62,476 bases of DNA, filler included, from Choristocarpus tenellus KU-1152 (GCA_964200185.2; 9 parts of 9 records of this genome joined end to end with filler, not necessarily neighbours in it), one strand, 5' to 3'; counted from the whole stretch's first letter, positions 25,431 through 38,372 are shown. The notes: generated from the letters alone by a model not told the origin. Numbers and translations: made by a program.

Positions 25431-28400
25431 GTTATCCAACAGTAATCCCTAAGGTACCATACTGTTACTGTAAAAAAATCGACGGTAACCTCTGCCATAC
25501 CAAACTGTGGAAGCACCATTAAAAGGAAATCACCCACTACGAGGGTTCCTTTTTTTCTGGATGAGTTGGTAACACACGCAGTAGGGAGCAGAGGACCGGA
25601 AGATTACAGGAGGAAGGGGGCTGTCAAATGCCGCCTATGACAAGTAGTGTTTGTCACTCCTCTCTAAAGACGTGCCATGCGTTTATTAAGGCTAGAGATG
25701 CTAGGGAGATAGGCAAGGAGGGCTGTCAGATTCTCGGGATGCTTCCTTAACTCCTTGACCAGGTGTGTAAGGCTAACTTACGTTGGAGGCATAGCCGCAG
25801 TGTACTTGTTTGTAACATTTTAATTTCCAAGCTTTAAGGGAGAATTTGTAGTATAGCCGGTATTCAAACAGAAAAAAATAGATTTTAGATATATACCTTT
25901 GATATTTACGACATTTTATAGTGGTGAAGTAACTGATAGATTAGTGGTTTCCACACTTAGAATGTTTTATAGTGTTCTCAAGTTTAGGATATTTTATTTC
26001 TTTAGGGCTAATACCAGCATATGTATAGTTTTCATTGGTTTCCTCCCTGACACATTTGCAAAATGACCGAGGGCATAATAATAAAATATTTACGACAACT
26101 GTTACTTTTACAGAGACCTTCGTGATACTGGTTTAGCCTTTTCTCCGACACCTCTACAACAGTCAAGACGGCATAATAATATACATTTAAAACTATACCT
26201 ACATAAACAGGACTTGATATATCCCATACCCGCCACACCACACTGTTCAATTCTCTTGTGGTACGGACGGATGGATAGAACTTTACGTTAACCCCAACTA
26301 TTACTTTTACAGGGGTTATGATGAAGGGCTTTGTCTCTCACATCCGGAAAATGCCAGAGGGTATTGTAATTTAAGGGCAGAAGCTATCGTATTGTATTTT
26401 TTCCAAAAGTTCCAATACTTAACCATACAATTTATTCTTACAGTAGACCATACCATATATATATATATGTATAGGTTTACGACAGGCAGTACATTTGCAG
26501 GGATTCAACTGATGTTGGTTTGGCCTTTTCCAGGACGCACCTGCAAAATAGGATGTATAAAATATCACGGTTCTTCTAAAATGTCAGGCACCGTACAAAA
26601 GTGTGAAATCACTACCTTGACTACCCTTCAACACAACAACATTAACAGAGGACTATACTATGTGTGTAACACTAACTAGAGGTGTAATGCAAAAGAAAAT
26701 TATAAGCAAAAAGCAATTTCTAGAATAAGTTTTAACTATATTGTAACTATATTATCATGTAGTTTGTATGCACGTGCGATTTCGACACCACACCTTCACT
26801 TCCAACACAATAATACACTCCCTCGTGCGTAGAGATAGATACAAGGAGAAACATCACGCTCCCTCCTCTCCTCCCCTCCCCTGTCCCACCCGCAACCTCG
26901 GAAAGGTCCAGCCCCTCTCAGAAAGGCTGTTTAGAATTCCTTTGCATTATTGTACATGAACCTCAAACCCATACTACTGTCCTTTACTAATAGTCAATGT
27001 ATCTCTTGTCATGTTGAACACCTGGTAGTAGTTTGTACTTTCTGTTTACAGATACGTACAGCAACAGTTTTTTTTTTTTATATTCCGTTTGTACTACTTT
27101 ATAGGTGCATCTGTAACCATTAATATTCTGACATTCATGTACCCATTCATCACGGGCGAGTGTGGACAGGATATACATACATGAGGTGGGGGGGGTTGTC
27201 TTCCACCGCAAAGCTCACAAACTAAATCAGCCAAATTTATAGGTAGGCAAGGTTGCATTTTAAGGATACAGTTAAAAGGAACAAGAGCTTCCTTTTGTAC
27301 AATTGATAAAAGAGTCTTTTGTTGAACTGTGTTATCACTTGTGTGTGGAAAGGGGAAGTATCAATTTTGCGTACACTATTATGTACGCAAAGTAATCAAA
27401 TAGGGTGTGTTGCACAGGGTAAGAAGTAAGTCGTAGGATGAAAAAGGGGTCAAACCTGCTACCTCTCAATTACTCTAGCTTAGCTCAAATATATGTTGTA
27501 TACTTTCCTGGTAAAGCAAGGCGAAATGAGACTCATTTCAATAATGAGGGCACGAAACGCTTCTTGAAGTAACTACTCCAGTTTGATGCCTTTTTGTTGT
27601 GGTTGATTCTCCTTCGAATTTGATAAGGGGGAGAGCAGAAAAGGTGTTCCGTAATTCTTTTGAAATTGTCTGTACAAAGGTGGTGATTCCAATCACATTT
27701 GTGCACTTCCTAAAACAAAAGAGCTAACAGTGTGGTAACCACTCCATTTTCAAGAAGCATTGAAGCATCGAGTAACTCAGCCCACTCTATGCCTCATTAT
27801 GCACATTGTAAACCACATTGAAAATTCTTCCTCAAACTATTTTGGACATGAAAGGTACAGAAAATACATTTTTGGTATATTAGGACCTGTACCACTGCCC
27901 ATTTCCAAGTTACAAGTAGGGCAAGATGGCAAAATATTGTGGTCATTGTTCTGAAAATAATAGTGCGCAAAGCATCACTACCTCATTGGTCAGATGACCT
28001 GCATGGCAGCATACTCCCATCTCCAACCCTGGGGAACAGCAAGTTGGACAGTGATGTAGATCATATCAAAACATCACTGGCTATTGGTGTGCCTACAAAG
28101 CAAGTGTTCATAGACGAGATCAAAGTCCACCTTGATCGACCAAGCATATCTCTCCTTTGATAAGGAGAGTGGAGAGTGACACAACAGAGAGTTGACAACA
28201 CGTACATGTGCATCCAGCACCTCCTATAATAGCATAGGCATCTTAACAATCAAGGTATCAAACTTGCCCTTCCCTAATCACTCCATCTGTTCTTCTTGAA
28301 CATCACACTCATAACCAGCATCTCTACATCAACCATAAGACCTCTTCGCAGCTTGGAAATTCTTTGCCATACTTTCTTTCCACTATTTGGAATCCCCCTT

Positions 28401-28597
28401 TGGATTCCATCCACTCTTGCATTCCACCAACCACCAAAGCCTCATCGATCATTCCAAGCAAAGGGTAGAGAACAATGCAGGCTAGAGGCTTAGGTAAGGC
28501 AGGTCCCACCTTTCAATCCTAACCTCTTACTTCCAGTGTGCAGTAATCCAAATCTCATGCAGAAGGTTTAGCTTCCCACTGCGATTGTGGTTCCTGA

Positions 28598-28688
28598 TCA
28601 GTCATGAGTCTTCCAATCGATGATCTTGTCGATCACATCATTAGGGAGCTTATGGGGACCAAGGATAGCCATGAGCTCATTTCGACCA
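28598..28688 (-). CDS. IF1-like mitochondrial ATPase inhibitor, exon 3 (terminal)
   Basis: CTGAC branch point and cag| acceptor. GRNELMAILGPHKLPNDVIDKIIDWKTHD* ends in a WK(x)H-type motif like stramenopile IF1-like proteins. Confidence 0.75.
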
Positions 28689-30178
28689 CTGATGATGCCA
28701 AGATAGTCAGTAGAAACAGTGTTACCGTAGTCAGTCAGATAACAGATGATGCATTAGTCACACCAAGGAGATGGAGGGGGAGGAAGAAAGACAATGTTAG
28801 GCAACTCCATGGGAAAGGTTATATTCTGATGCCACAGATAGGAAGTATCTGTTAGATGCTCAATTCTGGGCCATCACAACGTACATACTGTGTTTACTCG
28901 AGATATCTATCTGACTTGGATTTTCAAATATTTTTTATTTTTCGTGCTCTGCAAGTCAGATAGATATCTTGGTAACTCGGTGTAATATAAATCTTACAGA
29001 AAGTCAGACCAATACAAAAGTTTGGAAATACGATGAAATTACAATCTCAATGTAGGAAAAACACCAGGAAAATACGTTAAGGCACATGAGAGGTTATATA
29101 TCCAGAACGAGCTCTCATATACACCCGAGTCAGTCCTTAGGGGGGTATCAACATACTAAGGGTACGGGGTGGGTCTCCTGAGTGCGGAAGATCAGGAATA
29201 TCAGCACTTGGTACCAGGCATCAGAGGATCAATAAACAAATTTTATGGTCTTGTCACATTGCATATTTCGAGTCTAACAATGGTTCAAACATGCAATTTT
29301 CTCCTGAATCATTACTCCAATACCGGTCATCAAGTATGATGCATTACAACAAAATTGACTGCCAACTAGCTACACCTTTCTCCCCCTAACCCTTCCTGTA
29401 ACTACAAACAGACAAAGACCGACCTGTAACATATTTCACGCGGGACAGTAGCTATGAGAAAACAAGGCGATTAGAATCTGCACACAAAAAAATCTTAGCA
29501 TAAAGAACATGTATCTACATGTTTGAATACATAAATGACGAAAGCTTACTCTAGACAGAGGATTTTAAGCATTCGTTGGCTCTAACATTCCGTTTCTTTT
29601 TCAAATGTTTTCCGCATCTAAAAATTCAAATAATCGACGAGTCAGAGCACGTCTTTTGACGTACACTTTTGTCGTATACAATTACTTACAACCTAGGTGT
29701 TGGTAACATTCAGGTACAAGGCAAAACACACTTTCAATGGCCGGAGATTCTTCTATCAGATGATACCAGGTTTGGCCCCAAAACATGTACTTCCATCCAC
29801 AAAGGTGTCTAATTTTTTAAACACAGTTAATACTTGACCCGAACCATTGCTTGTGAATGAAGATATCAGGTGCCTGGTAAATGGGATAGATACAGGGTAT
29901 GCCTGAGAGTAAATGCATCCTAGAAATACCACAGCATAATGCTGTAGTAATTGTGTGGAAATCCAGTAGTGCTTACACCTCCACACTGGATTTTGGACTT
30001 CAGAGTTCAGTTGGCTGTTTGACAATATTGGTACAAACATAGAACATTCGAGTGTTATGGTGTACAAAATACATACATCTAGCAATTCTTTACTAAAATA
30101 CGATTCTCAGATCAATTATTTCCATGTTGTGGAATACACCAGCCCCTGACATCTTTGATACTTAAAATGCTGAAATTT

Positions 30179-30380
30179 GGCTCAAAGTATCTGGGGGGGG
30201 GGGGGGGGGGGGGGGGGGTATGGAGGCTGTCCATTTGGGGCCCATATATTCATGTCGCGATTTTTGGGTGAATTTGGTTGCATGTGTCAGATGGATAATG
30301 TAAGTGCACTTCTCCTGGTCAGGGCCTGAATGGATACCCTAGTGTAGACCACCCCCCCCCCCCCCAGATACTGCGAGGCC
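30179..30380 (+). mobile_element. MITE family B, complete (in IF1 intron 2)
   Basis: GGCTCAAAGTATCTG(n)...GTGTAGACCAC(n)AGATACT. Confidence 0.88.
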
Positions 30381-30630
30381 TTCAGGTTTGTGAAAGCACT
30401 CCAGGACATCATTTGTTGCCTAAAATCTCCACACCCAGACTCCTTTTCCGTATTTGTCTTGTTCACCCATCCAAAACAGGCTTGCCGCTGTTCCCTCAAA
30501 GTGAAGTGAATCTCACCGATCAACAAAAAAAGTGGATGGTACTGCAATGCATACAAAACTCTTCTGTTCAAACAAATTTCAAAACATATGAAAGGTAGGG
30601 GGAGAGAGCGCAGGGGGTTCAAATACTTGC

Positions 30631-30720
30631 TTGTCCTCAGACTTCTTGATCTTCTCGAGGAGTTTATTCAGTAACTTCTGGTCCTCCTTCCTTGCATAGA
30701 CCGCCTCCTCTCCCTTCTCT
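30631..30720 (-). CDS. IF1-like mitochondrial ATPase inhibitor, exon 2
   Basis: cag| acceptor. (R)EKGEEAVYARKEDQKLLNKLLEKIKKSED is the IF1-type EK.EE..Y.RK core. The donor inferred from phase is aa|GCAAGT. Confidence 0.82.
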
Positions 30721-31593
30721 CTGTGCGCAAACACACACAACAATGTCACAAGAGGTAGGCATTGGTACATTCGTCCAAGGAAAGATAAAGTGAAGATGTT
30801 CTCCAGTCCTAAGAAGGACCTACATATATACAATAGAAACAATAAGAGGCAGTGGAGTGGAGAGGGAGGGCAACCGGAAACCTTCTCTTTCCACTCTAAG
30901 TCGGAAGGATGAATGTTAAGTGTGCCCCCCAGATGTTGCCCAATACCTGCTCGATGTGTACGTACTGGTAATTATGTTGTGGGTAGTGATTTTCACTTAT
31001 TCCGTACTCACTGCATACAAGGTTACATTGAAACTGACCACGATGTGGTGCAGATGATTGTTTGCAACGGCGAAAGTCTTTGACATTACATATGGCCTGG
31101 ATATGATCCATCTAACCAAGAAAATAGCTGAAATGTCTAGATTTCAGAGATGTTACACGAATAGACCTAGTGCTGGTGTCATGCTACTCTAGGTCTCTTA
31201 TTTTGGTCTCCTCCCACCTTCCTCTATTCATCAACAAAAGAACGGGCACAGAGAAGTGTATCTCTTGGGTTGCTGGATGGCAATGGGACTTAGGAGTGGG
31301 GGCTTTCACCTTCTTCGTCCAAATTCGTGGCTTGCGCACGTCAACTCAGCTACACCGCAATGCAGTTATCTGCCTCCACTTCTTAAATCAAGGAGATGGC
31401 ATAGAACTGGGAATGACAAACGTTTCACTAGAACATAGGTCGAGTAGAAATACCCCGCCCTAATTCAATTTAACCAGGACCTACCTGTAGTACACTTTAT
31501 TCTCTAATCTACACAAGTCCCTTTGAAATCATTAAATCTTCGCAAGGACAATACCACAAAAGCACGAAAGGGAATAAATTTGTCTCTTGTCAC

Positions 31594-31721
31594 CGTTCTT
31601 CGAAAGTCGTCATGCTCCTCCTTGCGCCTATAGCACAGGCAGGACCAAAGTTGGCTCCAACAGACCTGGTGCATTGCTTTACCACCACACTTGTCCTTGC
31701 TAATATGGTGGAGAGGGCCAT
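31594..31721 (-). CDS. IF1-like mitochondrial ATPase inhibitor, exon 1 (transit peptide)
   Basis: ATG at 31721. MALSTILARTSVVVKQCTRSVGANFGPACAIGARRSMTTFEE is an Arg/Ser-rich presequence with no acidic residues before the final EE. Donor cg|gtgaca phase-matches exon 2. Spliced product is 102 aa. Confidence 0.82.
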
Positions 31722-33495
31722 CTTATCTGCGGGACATTGATGATGGGGAAATCAGAGGGACCAAAGTTGGACACAACTACTCCTGCACAACGTACGCACC
31801 CAAATTCTCCTTCTGTACTAGAATTCAACCATTATCCACAACACTTACCGCATGGGAAAGCTCTTCACCTACCCACCTCTCTTTTTAAAGTTCCTCTGAC
31901 TCCTCCAACGTTCCTATGTAATAGTAGGATAGAAGCAAGGAGAGATGAGATGTATGGGTGAGGGTGGGATGTAGTCAAACATTTAAGAAGTATCGGTTCT
32001 TGATCGACTGGCTTTCCGATAGGGTGATATGATCCATGAAAAAATAGTAAATATTTGAATTCGTGGAATTGATGTGGCTTTATTTTATTTGAAGTATTAT
32101 TATACCATGAATAGTGTGATCACCTACAGTTAATCGACTTGCTTCGCTTCACTATATAGAGAATCACCGATATCATTACACAAAAAGTTCAGTTTATTGT
32201 ATTTGGATACAGTATTTCTATTCCAAGGAACCAATTAATGTCTCTCTTGTTTTAAAGGAATCTCAAAATAAAACTAGAAGTGACAGATGGGAAACGTGAG
32301 TACCATTTATTTATATAAATATAGGGTAAAAAGTCAAGTAAACAGTTCACTTCAATTCTCAAGTAAAATATAGGCGAGTGAGATGTTGAGAAATAGTTGG
32401 GATAGGCCTTGCCTTCTCACCGAACGAAATAAAGCAGACAAAGTGAGGGAGAGAGGTAGCACAGAATACTGTGAAGGTTGAATTTTGAAGGGATCGTGTT
32501 TTGGTTTTGAATGAGGCGATCACCAGTTCAATGTAGACTAAGGAATATACCTTAATATAGTACTTGTGTTGAGAAGTAATTGGTATGCGTTTAAGAGTTG
32601 AATGTTGAGAGAATTAAGCTCGAACCTATCGTGGTTGACAATTTGACCAAGTGAAGGTATGTCGGATAACCGAAGTTGCCCTTGAGTCTTAATCCTTGTA
32701 TGTATAGTCGACAATGGGTGTTTTAACTTGATCTTACGCAATTAGTTGAAGAATGTAGATGTAGAAAGCCGTGTACTGAATAGCCCAGTGCACTGAAGTA
32801 CGTATTGGAAGGATATGGTAGTTCAGGGTGAACTTTTTGTGTGAAGAGGTTCGTCGTGTGTCTCGAAGCGAAAGTCGACTGTTAATAGTGTAACGGAGTA
32901 CCGATTTTTCCCCCTTGTTATGAATCAGGTGTCATGTTCTGAGAAGAGACTTGGTTGATTGAATACGATGGATGTTGAATTAGTGGTGATGTGTGCTGCT
33001 CTGAGGACAGACTTTATTGATTGAATGCAATTGAACATGAATCAATCGTGATGTGGTGGACCAAACATGGAGTTCTAGAGGAGAAGAGGAAAATTACCGA
33101 TGAAGGGATTCTGGTAAAGAGAATAAAGAATGAAAATGAACATGTCAACAATCAGTTGGTAAGTCGTGGTATAGAGGTCTTCAGCATAAAGAAGTTGTCT
33201 TGCCTGTGGGCAAGAAAGTCGATCAGTTTCCCTCCCACAGTGAGGTAGACCAATGTGAAGACGCCGATAAGGATAGGTTCCAGAGTAAGCCCAGGCGGAC
33301 CTATACTCTGAAACCTGTCAACCAGTTGAAGGTCAGAGGAAGATACCCATATCGGTCGTAGGAGGTGGAAGCCTTGGACCCAATCCTAGTGGGAGAGGGA
33401 CATCGAAGAGTGTGTCGTGCCTAGGGTGCGTTGAGTCGAAGGGTATGGACCTCCTACGTTCTGTTGGGCAGGGCGACGGCAAGATGGGGCTTGAT

Positions 33496-33605
33496 GGGAA
33501 GGTGCTCTGAATGGAGGCCTAAGGGAAGTATGTTCTTAGTAGAGGGTTAAGGGAAGGGTGCTCTGAGTAGAGGCTAAAGGTACGGTGCTCTGAATAGAGG
33601 ATCAA
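33496..33605. repeat. Minisatellite, 4 x 27-28 bp
   Basis: Units approximate GGGAAGGGTGCTCTGARTAGAGGCTAA. Confidence 0.8.
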
Positions 33606-35147
33606 GGGGTTAAGAATAAGAACATGGGGCTGTTGGTCTACAAGGGGCGTGGTATGAGCCGGATGACGCAGTAGTTCAAGCCCCAGAATTAGTCAGTGTG
33701 CCCCGTCGACTCCTTGTCGAAGCGACTTCGTACGTGGTGCTGCACGGACTAGATGGGGGAGGAGTGTCGCTGGTGACATCTAGACCATGCAGGTAGTCAA
33801 ACAGGGTGATTCCGGTTGCCCCTTTGATGTGAACACAGGGATCAGGCTGATCGTGGAGAAGACCATGGAAAGGCGAAAGGGAGAGGGAACGACGTGGTGA
33901 TGCGTAGGTGGGCAACAGGTGGGTTTGGGTTCTGGTTGGTAATTCCAAGGTGGGAGTGGAGCACCTGGCCGTGAGGCGAGTCGAGTGTGTAAGGTGGAGG
34001 CGGAAGAAGGGCGCTTGGGCAAGGTTAGATGTCGGAGTGATAGGGGGGCAGGGGGAGACGTCCAGGACGCGTGGCGAAGGAGCAGGACAGAGGGAGATCC
34101 AAGATAACACGTTGACCAGGTGAGGGTCAGTTGATATGATGGTGGTCCACCCCAGGGCTGTTGCTACAGATGTTTAGTGCAGGTGGCGAATGAAGTCAGG
34201 GACTTGTAGGATTGTGATGGAGAGACGAATAGGAGATCAGACGTCGAGATGGGTTTGACCAGTGAAGGTAGCATAACCATCCAATAGAAGTTGACAGCCT
34301 CCAATGCTAGAGACAGCGATAAGCGAAGCCAGGTGAGTGGTGAGGGACAATAAGGTTGCTGCGGATGGGAGAATGGTGGGAATAAACAGGTGAGCAGTAA
34401 ATGGTGAGTCGATGAGCACAGGGATGGAATCAATAGAGGTGGTAGTGGAGTGGGGGACACAGGTGCTGATGGCAGTCAAGCAGAAGGAAGTAGTACCCAT
34501 AGTTCTCCAGACCCCAACCGTTAGGCAGGTGTGAGGTAGTATTTACCTTCATGGGAGGGTTTGTCTGGGCAAGGGTTGAAGGAGCAGGGATGGGGACGGC
34601 CTGTGCACCAGGGTGCGTGTGTTGAGTGGACTGTGAGTCAGGGTGGGGTGGAACGTTAAGGAACTGGTGACGCTGGGCTTGGCATCCCTAGCCAGTGTGG
34701 GTGGAAACAAAGACCATAATTGATGGAAGATATATGGCAGAGACGTGTCTTGGCGGTAAGGGTCGCATTTGTAGCTCCATCTGCTTGGTAGTATTTCACA
34801 GTGAAGTCGTGGTTGCACACTGCTTGGTTAGTAGTGAGAAATGAGGCATTGCTGAAGGCCGTGTTGAAACGAAGTTGGCAGCGAAGAGAATCATAGGTAG
34901 TGGACATACCATCGATGATGACAGATCAGAGACAAAAATCATTAGAAAGGTCCCCGAACCCCCAAGAGTGGCCTTGGCATGGTAGAGTAGGGGGAGCCAC
35001 TGATCAGGGTGTTCCTCCAGTTACATGACACTGTTCTTGAACCAAATGATGAATTACCTGCACCTCTGCACGCTAACTTATACTTGTTGTTCAAGGCCTG
35101 CTATGCTGCCCGGTCATTGTTGACGACACATTTGTCCTGAAGCTATA

Positions 35148-35366
35148 TAGTGAAAGTATCTTAGAGGGTACGAGTTTTTAATGGCATTTTCCCTACTCCG
35201 AAACAGTTTCGGAGTAGTTTAAATGTATACGTTATAAAAAGGTGTGTCTGGAGCAAGGATATTGACATCTCCTAACAAATACGATATCCAAAATTACATC
35301 AAAGTTGAAACATTGGATTTTAACCCCCAAATGGTCGCGGCTCTACCCTCTAAGATACTTTGACTC
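35148..35366 (-). mobile_element. MITE family A with internal deletion, inserted in copia gag
   Basis: Both TIRs present. About 35 bp are missing near the right end. Confidence 0.88.
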
Positions 35367-35829
35367 ATAGTTCATGGAGAAGATCCTTGGCAGAGCCACA
35401 GTATTTCCCCTAAAGTAGGGTGAAAGGTTGGTCATTGACTTCATCGTAAGTATTGAAATTGGGAGTGATGGAAGGGACAATGGCGAGGTCAGGGATGAGG
35501 CAAAGGCAGAGGCAGAGGCAGGGGGGCAGGCCAGGGTGGAGTCGCAGTTGAGGAAGACGATGGAGTAGGTGCAGTAGCAATGGGAGGAGATGGGGAAGAT
35601 AAGGGTTGAAGGTGCGGTTGGACCAGGATGTAATGGAGAAAGGGGGGCAATGCAGCTGAAGATAAGCAGTTTGATCTTGCGGTCCAGGACGACCCAGATG
35701 GAGTGGATGCCGAGAAGAACACAATGCAGTCGTAGGAGAGGTACATCTTGAGTTGGCTGTGGTGGAAGGATTCGTGGAGAAGTTAGTCGTGGGAGAGGTA
35801 GATCTTTAGGTAGCCATGCTGATAGATCT

Positions 35830-36480
35830 AATGTAGAAGACTCTTAATTTGTTGAAACCTTTGCCTGAACAATCTAGTGCAATCTGAAGTACAGATTGGA
35901 CCCAAAGCATCTAAGAGCGTAGGGCCGCATCCGTTGGGGATCATAAATCCAATGCTGTGGTTTTGATTAATTTAGGCTATCGTGTTTGTTAGCAAGTGTC
36001 AATATCCTTGCTCCGGGCACACCTTTTATAGTCATCCACATTTTAGGTAACTATGTTCAGACAGAAAACCGACAAAGGGCATAAAAACCTCGTGGGAAGC
36101 CAAGCTCCGAACGGACAAACATGGCAAAACTCCTACTCTCTCAAATGCTTTCAACTCTTGGTGACAATGTGGTTGTGCAAAGTGAATTCTCTGTGAAGAG
36201 GCTTGTTGTGTTGTGAAGTGAAGGCTGACCTAGTGCAATGAACCATGAATTAGTGGTGATATGTCGTGCTCTGAGGAGAGACTTGAAGGTGAATCAAACA
36301 TGATACTCTGAGAAGATCTTTGTTACCTTGAGAGAAGGAAGGTTGAGGGTGTTCAATCTCTGAATAGATGTCGTCCTACAGTGTTAAAGGGTTGTTAAAG
36401 AAGCTGATATTCCCAAGACTTTTGTATGTAAATTACTTGATTAAATCCTTATTGGGCTGAACAGGTTGATGAACTAAGGA
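35830..36480 (-). mobile_element. 3' (RNase H-end) remnant of a second related copia copy
   Basis: DNA similarity to 32750-33010 (GAATTAGTGGTGAT..GCTCTGAGGA.AGACT; TGTGAAGAGG) and to 62000-62170. Confidence 0.5.
35899..36157 (+). mobile_element. MITE family A, variant subfamily (AAAGCAT ends)
   Basis: GACCCAAAGCATCTAAGAGCGTAG...CTACTCTCTCAAATGCTTTCAACTC. Internal sequence resembles 41384-41639. Confidence 0.85.
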
Positions 36481-36520
36481 AGGCGAAAGGAGGAGTGAGC
36501 ATCCAAGCCCAAAGCCCTTT

Positions 36521-36774
36521 GGAAAGTATCTTAGAGGGTACGAGTTTTGCCCTGTTTGTCCGTTTGGCGCTTGACTTCCCACGGGTTTTTAAAGACATTT
36601 TCCTACTCCGAAACATTTCGGATTAGGAAAAATGTATACTTCAAGAAGAGATGCGTCCGGAACAAGGATATTGACTCTTCCCAACAAACACGATAGACAA
36701 AAATGCATCAAAACCGCAACATTGGATTTTGGCCGCAAATGGATGCAGCCCTACCCTCCAAGATACTTTGACTC
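36521..36774 (-). mobile_element. MITE family A
   Basis: Near-identical inverted copy of 38373-38630. Confidence 0.92.
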
Positions 36775-37105
36775 AAGGTACACGAAAAGCAGAGTGAACT
36801 CTCAAAGGCAACAGGATGGGGGTGACAGTTCAAGCTCTTGATGTAGAAGAGTCACCTGTATTATCTATATTGAGAAAAGAAACAAGTCTCTCAGGTCTTT
36901 GTCAACAACTATGTGCCATGTAGGTGGTGACGTACTGAGATTGTATGCCGGTTACTGTTACAAAACGCTCCGTAACTTCACCATGATGGGATATGTAGCT
37001 CCAATCCAACAGTCTGTAGGGTGTAGGCAAGGCTCGTAGAGGGGCTCCATCATGGAAATGTTGTCAAATATGCTGGATCTCTCACTTCTGTGAACCGTGT
37101 GATTC

Positions 37106-37495
37106 TGTGGTGGCGTGGTTCACTCAGGCAAGGGTGGTGTAGAGAATCACCGGGCAAGATGGACCAGATGAACAAAGACAAACCGTATCCGAGAAGACGA
37201 GGTTACGGTTACACAAATGCAAGACCGACAGGACTTGCAAGAAAAAGTGGGGAACTGAGGAAGTGGGGAGGATCACGATTCGGATGGGTTTCGGAAAAGA
37301 AATCCTCTAGAGATAGAAGATCCGTCTTCAGAAAACCGTGCTCATAAAGAGACGTTGCGGGAAGACACGGAAATATATCACTCCGAATATCCTCCACAAA
37401 GTCAAACCGAAGTCTCAGAACACAACCTCAATCGGTATAACGGTATATGACATACGGCCATAACGGTATAACAACAGATAAACATGCTTTCCACA
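37106..37495 (-). mobile_element. LTR (~390 bp), probable Gypsy-type 3' LTR with PPT
   Basis: TGTGG...CCACA termini. Minus-strand G-rich PPT (AAG-G-run-TGA) immediately upstream at 37496-37508. Homologous to 48830-49172. Confidence 0.75.
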
Positions 37496-38372
37496 TCACC
37501 CCCCCTTCTGATCGGCCTTGAAGCCATGTAAACATGATTCAAGGTCAACCAAAAAGTGAGCTCTGGGAGCGAAATGGGAAACATGTGTGACTGTCAGTAT
37601 ACCACTGCACCATTATATTACATGACTTCATTAATACAAAATGAAGTGTAGTATATAAACGAGGCACGTAATGAATACCTGATCAGGATAACATTAGCCT
37701 AAGGTTGATGGTGTGTGGTCAGCACACCAATCAAGCTTACGAGGTCTGAGAGTATGGCATCAGCATATCAATCAGCCTAAAGACGAGGCAAGAGGTATAT
37801 GTGGCCAGCATATAGGGTCTCTATTATCTTGTATAAGACAGAGGATATACTCAGAATGGAGATACGAGGAGCAAACCCTATATACGGTGTCAACAAACGT
37901 TTCGACTAGTGTTTGTGATTCGATGTTGCTATACGGGTGTTATACGATGATTTCATCATCACCACTCCGATGCGTGAAGACAACATCACATGTTACATGA
38001 CCAAATCAACACAGCAACCGACGAGATCAAATGTGTGCACCCATTCTCCTTCCTCAATTCTGACTTTGATTGGAATATTGTTCACGACGACTACAATATT
38101 CCAAGTGGACAACTCGGACATACGTTGTTGGTGGCTCAACTCTCCTAAACGATACGAGGTGACTGTACGGTCATTACACCGTATCAGGGGAATCATGCCA
38201 CTCGAAAAAATAAATAACATGTATGGCTCACCTGAAGTCTCCATCTCTTACCTGGTGGTAGACTTGAATCTCCAATTTTCTTTTTTTCTGTTTTAGGAGG
38301 GGATTAGTCATTTCATGATGATCAATAAGTCGATTTCATGAAAACGTGACATGATGTAATGAACAGCCACCT

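Larger units (their letters stand above)
32750..35760 (-). mobile_element. Highly decayed Ty1/copia element (gag, protease, RT/RNase H remnants; integrase/RT largely absent)
   Basis: gag: AA*QALNNKY...HPDQWL...IIDGMSTTYDSLRCQL. Protease: VLIDS...VSSIGG...ILQVPDF...SVATALGW. RNase H-like: GGKLIDFLAHRQ. Confidence 0.6.

Noticed and set aside
33496-33605. CRISPR-like array (also considered for 47295-47445)
   Set aside because: The units abut with no unique spacers and the context is eukaryotic. These are ordinary minisatellites.
33240-34500. Gypsy assignment (retropepsin plus chromodomain)
   Set aside because: The gag and protease-flanking motifs fit Ty1/copia better, and the chromodomain-like match is more consistent with decayed RT/RNase H.
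36632-36841. Duplicated peptide TSRRDASGTRILTLPNKHD (also 38336-38641) as a gene family
   Set aside because: Both ORFs are chance translations of MITE A.
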